The notes under the pieces were generated by a model. The model ran no database searches. It was not told where the DNA came from and was given only the letters and a program-made list of their open reading frames with translations. From Neisseria sicca (lineage in GTDB: Bacteria > Pseudomonadota > Gammaproteobacteria > Burkholderiales > Neisseriaceae), in the NCBI RefSeq assembly GCF_017753665.1, contig NZ_CP072524.1:216038-248037 (forward strand): 32,000 nt of DNA. The letters are read 5' to 3'. This document shows, one piece after another, positions 9,928 to 17,691 of the stretch; positions within the stretch are counted from its first letter, which is position 1; every line of letters begins with the position of its first letter. The translations under genes were made by a program, and so were the position numbers.

Positions 9928-9956
9928 TTGCATATTATACTCAAGTTGAGCATAAT
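9928..9956 (+). promoter_or_regulatory. Candidate sigma70 promoter of nadA (TTGCAT-17 nt-CATAAT)
   Basis: TTGCAT at 9928-9933 and CATAAT at 9951-9956 with an exact 17-nt spacer, 69 nt upstream of the nadA ATG. The palindrome listed below overlaps it. Confidence 0.4.
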
Positions 9957-9958
9957 AT
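9932..9958. promoter_or_regulatory. 27-bp palindromic operator candidate (putative NadQ box)
   Basis: ATATTATACTCA-agt-TGAGCATAATAT has 12-bp arms with one mismatch. It sits in the nadQ/nadA divergent intergenic region. Confidence 0.55.
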
Positions 9959-10024
9959 AAAAACAGTTTGAAAAACAGACGGCAAACCTTCATGCCGTCT
10001 GAAAACCAGCTACAAGGAAACATC

Positions 10025-11137
10025 ATGCAAACCGCCGCCCGCCGCTCGTTCGACTACGATATGCCCCTCATCCAAACGCCGACTTCCGCCTGCCAAATCC
10101 GTCAGGCGTGGGCGAAGGTTGCCGACACGCCCGACCGCGAGACGGCAGGTCGTCTGAAAGACGAAATCAAGGCCTTGCTGAAGGAGAAAAACGCGGTCTT
10201 GGTGGCGCACTATTATGTTGATCCGCTGATTCAGGATTTGGCTTTGGAGACGGGCGGATGCGTGGGCGATTCGCTGGAGATGGCGCGCTTCGGTGCGGAA
10301 CACGAGGCCGGTACGCTGGTGGTGGCGGGCGTGCGCTTCATGGGCGAGAGTGCGAAAATCCTCTGCCCTGAAAAAACGGTGCTGATGCCTGATTTGGAAG
10401 CAGAATGTTCTTTGGATTTGGGTTGCCCGGAAGAGGCGTTTTCGGCGTTTTGCGACCGACACCCCGACCGCACGGTGGTGGTGTACGCCAACACTTCCGC
10501 AGCCGTGAAAGCGCGTGCCGACTGGGTGGTAACGTCTTCGGTGGCGTTGGAAATCGTGTCGTATCTGAAATCGCGCGGCGAGAAACTGATTTGGGGACCC
10601 GACCGCCACCTCGGCGACTACATCCGCCGCGAAACGGGCGCGGATATGCTGTTGTGGCAGGGTTCGTGCATCGTCCATAACGAATTCAAAGGGCAGGAAC
10701 TGGCGGCGTTGAAGGCGGAGCATCCCGACGCGGTGGTGCTGGTTCATCCCGAATCGCCGCAAAGCGTCATCGAACTGGGCGACGTGGTCGGCTCGACCAG
10801 CAAATTGCTCAAAGCCGCCGTATCTCGTCCCGAAAAAAAATTCATTGTGGCGACCGATTTGGGCATCCTGCACGAAATGCAAAAGCAGGCGCCCGACAAA
10901 GAATTTATCGCCGCCCCGACGGCGGGCAATGGCGGAAGCTGCAAAAGCTGCGCGTTCTGCCCGTGGATGGCAATGAATTCGCTGGGCGGCATCAAATACG
11001 CCCTGACAAGCGGACACAACGAAATTCTGTTGGACAGGAAGCTGGGCGAAGCCGCCAAACTGCCTTTGCAGCGTATGCTCGACTTCGCGGCAGGACTCAA
11101 ACGCGGGGATGTGTTCAACGGCATGGGGCCCGCCTGA
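10025..11137 (+). CDS. nadA: Quinolinate synthase
   Basis: 370 aa from the ATG at 10025 (RBS aaGGAAacatcATG). NadA motifs are present ([24 protein letters not shown]), along with cluster cysteines. Confidence 0.95.
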
Positions 11138-11151
11138 TTTGCCGTCCATAT

Positions 11152-11258
11152 TATAGTGGATTAAATTTAAATCAGGACAAGGCGACGAAGCCGCAGACAG
11201 TACAAATAGTACGGCAAGGCGAGGCAACGCCGTACTGGTTTAAATTTAATCCACTATA
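11152..11258. mobile_element. Correia repeat-enclosed element (107 bp MITE)
   Basis: TATAGTGGATTAAATTTAAATCAGGACAAGGCGACGAAGCCGCAGACAGTACAAATAGTACGGCAAGGCGAGGCAACGCCGTACTGGTTTAAATTTAATCCACTATA, with the canonical Correia terminal inverted repeats. Confidence 0.95.
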
Positions 11259-11294
11259 CCGTTTCAGACGACCTCTCAAACAAAGGACAACACC

Positions 11295-12839
11295 ATGCAA
11301 ACCGATTGCGACGTATTGATTGCCGGAAACGGGCTGGCGGCACTGACGCTCGCCCTGTCGCTGCCTGAATCGTTCCGCATCGTCATTTTGTGCAAAAACC
11401 GGCTGGACGACACCGCCAGCCGCCATGCGCAAGGCGGAATTGCGGCGGCGTGGTCGGGAGAGGACGACATCGAAAAACACGTTGCCGATACCTTGGAAGC
11501 GGGCGCGGGCTTGTGCGACGAAGCCGCCGTCCGCACCATCCTGTCGCAGGGCAAACCGGCAATCGAATGGCTGCTGGCGCAGGGCGTGGCGTTCGACCAA
11601 AATAATAACAACCTGCACCTGACGCGCGAAGGCGGGCATACCTGCCGCCGAATCGCCCACGTCGCCGACTACACGGGCGAAGCCGTCATGCAGAGCCTGA
11701 TTGCCCAAATACGCCGCCGCCCGAACATCCGCGTTTGCGAGCGGCAAATGGCGTTGGACGTTCAAACCGAATCAGGCGCGGCATGCGGACTGACCGTCCT
11801 CGACCGCCGAACGCAAGAAACCTACCGCATTCGCGCCCGCCATACCGTACTCGCAGGCGGCGGCTTGGGACAGATTTACGCCGCCACCACCACGCCGCCC
11901 GAATGCACGGGCGACGCCATCGCCATGGCGATACGCGCAGGCTGCGCAGTCGAAAACCTCGAATTTATCCAATTCCACCCCACAGGCTTGGCAAGGTCGT
12001 CTGAAAACGGCCGCACCTTCCTGATTTCCGAAGCCGTGCGCGGCGAAGGCGGCATTCTGACCAACCAAGCGGGTGAACGGTTTATGCCGCATTACGACCG
12101 CCGCGCCGAACTCGCGCCGCGCGACATCGTTGCCCGCGCCATCGCCGCCGAAATCGCCAAACAAACGCAAGATTTCGTCTCACTCGACATCAGCCATCAA
12201 CCCGCAGAGTTCGTCCGTCAGCATTTCCCATCCATCCATCGGCACTGCCTATCCCAATGCGGCTTGGACATCGCGCGCCAAGCCATCCCCGTCCGCCCCG
12301 TGCAACACTACACCTGCGGCGGCATCCAAACCGACCCCTACGGCAGAACCTCCCTGCCGCGGCTCTACGCCTTAGGCGAAACCGCCTGCACAGGGCTGCA
12401 CGGAGCCAACCGCCTCGCCAGCAACTCCCTGCTCGAATGCGTCGTGACCGCCAGGCTTGCCGCCCAGACCATTGCGGACGGACAAGCGTTCCAAACCGCA
12501 CCGTCCCAAAGGTCGTCTGAAAACCCCTCCGCCGAAGCAGACATCTTTTCAGACGACCTCCAAAACACATTCAGCCGCCCCGTCCTGCAAACCTTCAACC
12601 AACGCCATCTGGGCATCCTCCGCAACGATACCGGCCTGCGCCGCGCCATCGCCCAACTGCGGCTTTGGAAACAAAACCAAGCCGAACCGCACACCGCGTC
12701 CGAATATGAAAACCGCAACCTGCTCGAATGCAGCCTCGCCGTCGCCCAAGCCGCATACGCAAGGCGGCAAAACATCGGCGCGCATTTCAATACCGATTTG
12801 GCAGAGCGTGTCGATTGGAAAAAACAGGCGGCAGGCTGA
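11295..12839 (+). CDS. nadB: L-aspartate oxidase
   Basis: 514 aa with an N-terminal FAD fold ([15 protein letters not shown]) and NadB/succinate dehydrogenase flavoprotein family motifs ([31 protein letters not shown]). Confidence 0.95.
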
Positions 12840-12962
12840 AGGGGTGGGCTGCGCGGGGATTTGAGATATTCCTGTGAAAAATGAAGAAAGGTCGTCTGAA
12901 GAGTTTGAACTGCACCCCAAAAGTTGGATACATCCCCTCCAACTCACAAGGTGCAGTTTTTT

Positions 12963-13313
12963 ATGAGCAAATATACATTACACTTCAAATACCAAGCCGT
13001 ACTCCACTACCTGCACATACGCAGCCAACAGCGTACCGCAGACCATTACGGCATTTCCCAAACCCACCTGCGGCGATGGATACGCGCCTATCAGGAAGGC
13101 GGCATCGGCGCACTCGAACATCCCCAATCCAAAACCATGCCCCAACACCGCAAAAACCCCTTCATCGCCGACAAACCCGACAACGAAAAAACACAGGCAG
13201 AGCTTATCGAAGAGTTGTGCTATATGCGCGCAGAGGTTGCCTACCTAAAGGAGTTAAAAGCCCTCAGCCCAAAGCGGACCGAAAAGGACAAAGCCAAACC
13301 GTCCAAGCACTGA
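12963..13313 (+). CDS. IS3-family transposase OrfA (HTH / leucine-zipper part)
   Basis: 116 aa from the ATG at 12963. It has an HTH-like segment (RTADHYGISQTHLRRWIRAY) and a heptad-like C-terminus (LIEELCYMRAEVAYLKELKAL). Confidence 0.85.
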   Translation: MSKYTLHFKYQAVLHYLHIRSQQRTADHYGISQTHLRRWIRAYQEGGIGALEHPQSKTMPQHRKNPFIADKPDNEKTQAELIEELCYMRAEVAYLKELKALSPKRTEKDKAKPSKH

Positions 13314-14113
13314 GGGCGCAACACCCGCTCAAATACCTGCTGCACATCGCAAACCTGCCCAAAAGCAGCTTTTACTACCATCACCAAGACCGACCCGACC
13401 CCGATGAAGCCGACAAAGCCCTTATCGCCGAAATCTACGAACGGCATAAAGGACGCTACGGGCAAAGGCGCATTGCCGCAGCATTGGATTGGAACCGCAA
13501 AAAAGCAGCTCGGTTGATGAAACAGATGGGGCTGAAAGCCAAAATACGGGCGAAAAAAGCCTACCGCCATCCCGCCATGGGCGAAATATCGGAACACCTC
13601 CTCAAACGCCGGTTCAAAGCCCGAAAGCCCAACGAAAAATGGCTGACCGACGTGACCGAACTCAAAGGGAGCGACGGCAAACTGTACCTCTCGCCAATCT
13701 TGGACTTGTTCAACCGAGAAATCGTCGCCTACGCCATGAGCCGCAATGCTAACAGCGAAATGGTGAAGGAAATGCTCGAAAAAGCCGCACCCCGTCTGAC
13801 TGATAAGGGAACGATGCTGCATTCCGACCAAGGTGTGCTGTACCGTACGGCGGGGTATAGGGAATTGCTTGCGGAGCATTCCATGGTTCAAAGCATGTCG
13901 CGTAAGGCGAACTGCTGGGACAATGCACCGATGGAGAGTTTCTTTGCGGTGCTGAAGACGGAGTGTTTCTATAACGCAGGGGAATTGACGGTGGACGAAT
14001 TGATGAAGCAGATAGATGACTATATGGATTACTACAACCGGGAGCGTTGCAGTTTGAAATTGAAAAAGCTGAGTCCTGTCGCATACAGAACCCAGCTTGC
14101 ACAGAGCGCCTGA
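13286..14113 (+). CDS. IS3-family transposase OrfB (DDE integrase domain), probably expressed as an OrfAB fusion by -1 frameshifting
   Basis: It lies in the -1 frame relative to orfA. Spaced D..D..E candidates are present (WLTDVTE, HSDQGVLY, NAPMESFF). An in-phase A-AAA-G slippery motif sits at 13282-13286. The listed ORF start at 12881 is an artefact of an open frame. Confidence 0.85.
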   Translation, partial: GQSQTVQALRAQHPLKYLLHIANLPKSSFYYHHQDRPDPDEADKALIAEIYERHKGRYGQRRIAAALDWNRKKAARLMKQMGLKAKIRAKKAYRHPAMGEISEHLLKRRFKARKPNEKWLTDVTELKGSDGKLYLSPILDLFNREIVAYAMSRNANSEMVKEMLEKAAPRLTDKGTMLHSDQGVLYRTAGYRELLAEHSMVQSMSRKANCWDNAPMESFFAVLKTECFYNAGELTVDELMKQIDDYMDYYNRERCSLKLKKLSPVAYRTQLAQSA

Positions 14114-14194
14114 ATAGGCTTTTATGAGTGTCCAAGATTTGGGGGGCAGTTCAGTCGTTTCAGACGACCTTTTAGGCTTTGTGGAGAAGCGAAT

Positions 14195-15610
14195 TTATTT
14201 CGTGCCGTAATTGGGTTGCAGCAGGGCGCAGGGTTGGCGTTCCCTGCGGCTGCGGCGGCTTCGTCCGGCGATGGTGCCACAGGCGGCGCCGGGATCGGCT
14301 TTGTCCGCTTTGGGGAATTTGTCGCCGCGGTCGTTACGCTCGTTACGTTCATTGCGTTCGCTGCGGTTGTTCCGTTCGGAGCGGTTTCTGTCGCTGCTGC
14401 GGCTGCGGGTCGGTGCGGGTTGGGTGTCTGTGGCGGCATCGCCGTCGGCGTCGGTTCCCCACCAGTTCGGCTCGAAGCCTTCGATGCGTTCGACTGCCAA
14501 GTCGTTACCGGTCAGCTCTTTGATGGCTTCAAACATTTTTTGTTCGGTTTTGTCCATCAGGGAAATGGCAACGCCGTCCGCGCCTGCCCTACCGGTGCGT
14601 CCGATGCGGTGGACGTAGTCTTCGGGCTGGGTTGGCAATTCGTAGTTGATGACAAAGGGCAGCTCGGCGATGTCCAGTCCGCGTGCGGCGACGTCGGTGG
14701 CGACGAGGACGCGCAGGCTGCCTTCTTTGAAGGCGTTGAGGGTTTCGAGGCGGCTTTGCTGGGATTTGTCGCCGTGGATGGATTGGGCGGCGAGGTTTCG
14801 GCGCACGAGGTCGCGGGTAACTTGGTCGACGCTTTGTTTGGTTTTGCAGAACACGATGACTTGGTTCATCTGCAAATCGACAATCAGCCGCTCTAGGAGG
14901 TTGCGTTTTTTAAGCGCGTCAACGGCGATGATGTGTTGCTCGACATTGGCGCTGGTGGTGTTTTGCGCGGCAACTTCGACGATTTCGGGCGCGTTCATGA
15001 AGTCTTTGGCGAGTTTGCGGATGGGCGGGGCAAACGTTGCGGAAAAGAGCAGGGTTTGGCGTTGTTTGGGCAGCATCTGCATGATTTTGCGGATGTCGTC
15101 GATGAAGCCCATATCCAACATACGGTCGGCTTCGTCGAGAACGACGATTTCGACTTTGTTGAGGTTGATGTTTTTTTGTTTGACGTGGTCAAGCAGCCTG
15201 CCGACGGTGGCGACGACGATTTCGCAGCCGGCGCGCAGGTCGGCGGTTTGTTTGTCCATGTTGACGCCGCCGAAGAGGACGGTGTGGCGCAGCGGCAGAT
15301 TTTTGATATAGCCCTGCACGTTTTGGTCGATTTGGTCGGCGAGTTCGCGCGTCGGGGTCAATACGAGCATACGCACGGGGTGCATCGCGGGCGAGGTACT
15401 GGCGGTGGCGTAGCGTTTGAGGCGTTCCAGACTGGGCAGCATAAAGGCGGCGGTTTTGCCTGTGCCGGTTTGGGCGGCGGCGAGTAAATCATGACCGGCG
15501 AGTGCTTTGGGGATGGCGGCGGCTTGGATGGGCGTCGGGTTTTCGTAACCTTGTTCGGTCAGCGCGGAAACGAGTTCGCTGCCCAGCCCGAGTGAGGCGA
15601 ATGGATTCAT
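14195..15610 (-). CDS. rhlE: ATP-dependent DEAD-box RNA helicase (RhlE-like)
   Basis: 471 aa from the ATG at 15610. Q-motif (GYENPTPIQ), AQTGTGKT, PTRELA, DEAD (VLDEADRM), SAT and HRIGRTGRAG are all present. The C-terminal tail is Arg/Glu/Asn-rich. Confidence 0.93.
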   Translation of the reverse strand: MNPFASLGLGSELVSALTEQGYENPTPIQAAAIPKALAGHDLLAAAQTGTGKTAAFMLPSLERLKRYATASTSPAMHPVRMLVLTPTRELADQIDQNVQGYIKNLPLRHTVLFGGVNMDKQTADLRAGCEIVVATVGRLLDHVKQKNINLNKVEIVVLDEADRMLDMGFIDDIRKIMQMLPKQRQTLLFSATFAPPIRKLAKDFMNAPEIVEVAAQNTTSANVEQHIIAVDALKKRNLLERLIVDLQMNQVIVFCKTKQSVDQVTRDLVRRNLAAQSIHGDKSQQSRLETLNAFKEGSLRVLVATDVAARGLDIAELPFVINYELPTQPEDYVHRIGRTGRAGADGVAISLMDKTEQKMFEAIKELTGNDLAVERIEGFEPNWWGTDADGDAATDTQPAPTRSRSSDRNRSERNNRSERNERNERNDRGDKFPKADKADPGAACGTIAGRSRRSRRERQPCALLQPNYGTK

Positions 15611-16068
15611 GGCGGTATCTTTCTGTCCAGACGGGATGCGGCATGCCGCGAGGGGTCGTCTGAAACGGGAGAATGTTTTGATGATGTGTTTTATAGGATG
15701 CCGCTGGCAAAGTGTGCGGCCGGTGTACGGCAAGCCGCAGAAAATGAATGTGGCTTCTGCGGTATGGAAAGGTAAGCGGGATTATGCCATAAAACCCTTG
15801 CGCCGCCCAACGGCAGGCGGGCGGGGTATGGTTGTTCGGCTGCGTTGCCGAGTCGATAAGGGAATTTTTTACATTGCGGTGGCGTCGGTGTTTATGTTTC
15901 TTAAATTTTTGAAACCGCTTATCATTTTCTGACGGCATTTACTGTCATAGTTCAAACTTATCGAAAACTTTCATATGTAAATGAAACTAAATCGTACTAA
16001 TGGGACTCTGTTTTGGGACAGACGCAAATTTGCGCTGTAAACCATCAATCACAATAGGAATATACGAC

Positions 16069-16317
16069 ATGAAAACTTTATTGATCGCCGTTGCCGCTGC
16101 AAGCCTGATGCTGGGTGCCTGCTCTAGCAGCAAAACTACTGAAGAAGCTAAAACCCCTAGCGTAAGCGTTGAAGAGGCAATCGTTCAATGTCAACAAGCT
16201 TCCGGTGCCAACCAAGACCGCGCCGTGTTCGATGCATGTATGAAAGACAAAGGCTACCAACGCAGCGCCGCTGAAGGCGCAGCCGCAGCTGCTGCTTCTG
16301 CACCTGCCGCACAATAA
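16069..16317 (+). CDS. Small lipoprotein, function unknown
   Basis: 82 aa with signal peptide and lipobox MKTLLIAVAAASLMLGAC and an Ala-rich tail. RBS is tAGGAAtatacgacATG. A hairpin follows at 16329-16373. Confidence 0.7.
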   Translation: MKTLLIAVAAASLMLGACSSSKTTEEAKTPSVSVEEAIVQCQQASGANQDRAVFDACMKDKGYQRSAAEGAAAAAASAPAAQ

Positions 16318-16437
16318 GCACAGCTAGGAATTATTGATGTATCACCCGATCTGTTCGGGGTCATACATCAACAATTTCTCGCCATGCTTGTTCCGCCTGA
16401 TTCCATTCACTCCCGGAAGGTAGGGCGGGCGCAAACG

Positions 16438-16475
16438 GAAAGGTCGTCTGAAAACTGTTTTCAGACGACCTTTCC
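16438..16475. terminator. Inverted DUS pair hairpin between the convergent lipoprotein gene and grxB
   Basis: gaaAGGTCGTCTGAAAActgTTTTCAGACGACCTttcc. Confidence 0.7.
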
Positions 16476-16502
16476 GTTTGTTTTATCCGGCGGATTCGGT
16501 TA

Positions 16503-17144
16503 TTACAAGGCGCAGTCAAAATACAGCGGCACGCCCGATGCTTCGCTCATCCGCATCAGGTAATCCATAATCTTTTGCGGCCACTCGACGCCGCGCACAA
16601 CGGTCAGGTTGCGCAATATTGGGAACACCAACACGTCTTCCATACCGGCTTCGCCGTTCAAGCCCGTGCCGCCTTCGGTCATCAGCGTTTCCAGTTCTGC
16701 CAAATCCTCGTTCAGCTGTTGCACATACTGACCGGTTTTGTCCAAATTGGTGGCGAAGCTGCCGATATTTTTCTCTTTTTTGTCCGTGAAATATTTCACC
16801 GCTTCCGGCGTTTCAAATTCGGGCAAACCGATTTTCACCACGCGCGGATGGACGAGTTTCAGGTTGTATTCGCCCACTTTGTCCAACCATGCCTGGATTT
16901 CGGGGCGGGTTTCATCTTTCAGACGACCCTCGCGGTCAAGATAGCGGACAACGTCCAAACTCTCGCCCATAAACGAACCGTCTTCTTTTTGCAGGATGGG
17001 CACTTGTTTCGCGCCGATCATGCCGATCGGCGTTGCCTCGTCGTCGTTTGCCAGCACGACTTCTTCAACGTCCGCGCCAAACAGCCCCGCCGCCATCCGC
17101 GCACGCACGCAAAACGGGCAATGGTCGTAGTAATACAGTTTCAT
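16503..17144 (-). CDS. grxB: Glutaredoxin 2
   Basis: 213 aa from the ATG at 17144 (cGGAGGatttttaATG). It has a CPFC active site (MKLYYYDHCPFCVRARM) and a GST-like C-terminal domain, as in Grx2. Confidence 0.9.
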   Translation of the reverse strand: MKLYYYDHCPFCVRARMAAGLFGADVEEVVLANDDEATPIGMIGAKQVPILQKEDGSFMGESLDVVRYLDREGRLKDETRPEIQAWLDKVGEYNLKLVHPRVVKIGLPEFETPEAVKYFTDKKEKNIGSFATNLDKTGQYVQQLNEDLAELETLMTEGGTGLNGEAGMEDVLVFPILRNLTVVRGVEWPQKIMDYLMRMSEASGVPLYFDCAL

Positions 17145-17250
17145 TAAAAATCCTCCGAAAATGGGTTTGATTGGGCAAAGGCCGTCTGAATGCCTCACGC
17201 AAAAGGATTATCCTGCCAAATATCTTTGGAAGCCATATCTGATAACGTGT

Positions 17251-17691
17251 TTATACGGCCGGGATATATGCAGTATTTTCTCTGGGCAGTATAACCGATG
17301 TTGAAATTTCCGTCGGATACACGACATCAGCGGCTGTCTCTGCTGAAATTTCACCTGCCAACTCATTGTAAATTCCTTTGTCGTTTTGGAAATCAATATC
17401 GGCAACCTTGCGCCTTTCCCCGTTTTCCAAAACCACTTCTGATTCAAATAATATTTTATTATCGGCTTCATCTTTCAGATTGATTTCTGCAAAATCCAAA
17501 GAGATCGATTGGATATCCCAGTCGGACAATAGAGAAAGCTCTCCTTCCTCCGTTTTCCCGTTACTGTTTTCGTCATGCCAGATTCTTAGCTCGCCCCACA
17601 ATTCATCATATTGATTAATGATATTATTATTGTCGCTGTCCAAATCTTTCAAAGCTTCTACGCCGTTTTCTGCGCGCTTGCCGTCAGACAT
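17251..17691 (-). CDS. Hypothetical protein with EF-hand-like Ca-binding repeats; probably a truncated fragment of an RTX-type exoprotein
   Basis: 146 aa. The pattern ..NGVEALKDLDSDNNNIINQYDELWGELRIWHDENSNGKTEEGELSLLSDWDIQSISL.. matches the recurring pattern I recall in FrpC/ApxIVA-type proteins (ANGFEAL..LD.N.DG.I...D..W..L.VW.D.N.NG..E.GEL.SL...GI.SI.L). There are no GGxGxD nonapeptide repeats and no C-terminal secretion signal. It overlaps the upstream ORF by 8 nt (ATGTCTGA). Confidence 0.5.
   Translation of the reverse strand: MSDGKRAENGVEALKDLDSDNNNIINQYDELWGELRIWHDENSNGKTEEGELSLLSDWDIQSISLDFAEINLKDEADNKILFESEVVLENGERRKVADIDFQNDKGIYNELAGEISAETAADVVYPTEISTSVILPRENTAYIPAV

Larger units (their letters stand above)
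12906..14153 (+). mobile_element. IS3-family insertion sequence, copy 1 (1248 bp)
   Basis: Imperfect terminal inverted repeats TGAACTGCACCCCAAAAGTTGGA... / ...TCCAAGATTTGGGGGGCAGTTCA with TG..CA ends. orfA and orfB lie in the 0 and -1 frames. A second copy lies at 25768-27015. Confidence 0.92.

Noticed and set aside
8864-9949. 361-aa plus-strand ORF opposite the nadQ-like gene, and the 405-aa minus-strand ORF at 10010-11227 opposite nadA
   Set aside because: Both are antisense to genes with clear family signatures, and their sequences are Arg/Ala/Gly-rich with no motifs. The same reasoning applies to 704-1807, 6025-6630, 6561-7307, 7816-8397, 14216-14896, 14646-15311, 20610-21578, 21633-22334, 23107-23877 and 24353-25396.
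10833-10840. A8 homopolymer inside nadA as a possible phase-variation tract
   Set aside because: The tract is short for Neisseria phase variation, lies in a conserved biosynthetic gene, and simply encodes ..PEKKF... There is no evidence of variability from a single sequence.
12881-13285. Upstream part of the 410-aa ORF (12881-14113) that starts before the IS left end
   Set aside because: The orfB frame happens to be open through orfA and past IRL. The N-terminal 135 residues are Pro/Arg/Thr-rich out-of-frame readings of orfA. Copy 2 has a different upstream limit (25938), which shows that this part is not conserved coding sequence.
13241-13891. 216-aa minus-strand ORF inside both IS copies (also 26103-26753)
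   Set aside because: It is antisense to the DDE transposase domain and has no independent signals. It is duplicated only because the IS is duplicated.
15489-15938. ORFs of 149 aa (minus strand) and 107 aa (plus strand) in the region upstream of rhlE
   Set aside because: They overlap each other in an intergenic promoter region, have Arg/His-rich or Cys-rich odd composition, and have no RBS or family resemblance.
17208-17471. 87-aa minus-strand ORF and several plus-strand ORFs of 60-100 aa (17298-17483, 17378-17614, 17618-17905, 17719-18021) within the island
   Set aside because: They overlap the longer, motif-bearing minus-strand ORFs. Their composition is the Phe/Leu/Ile/Ser-rich kind expected from out-of-frame reading of AT-rich DNA.
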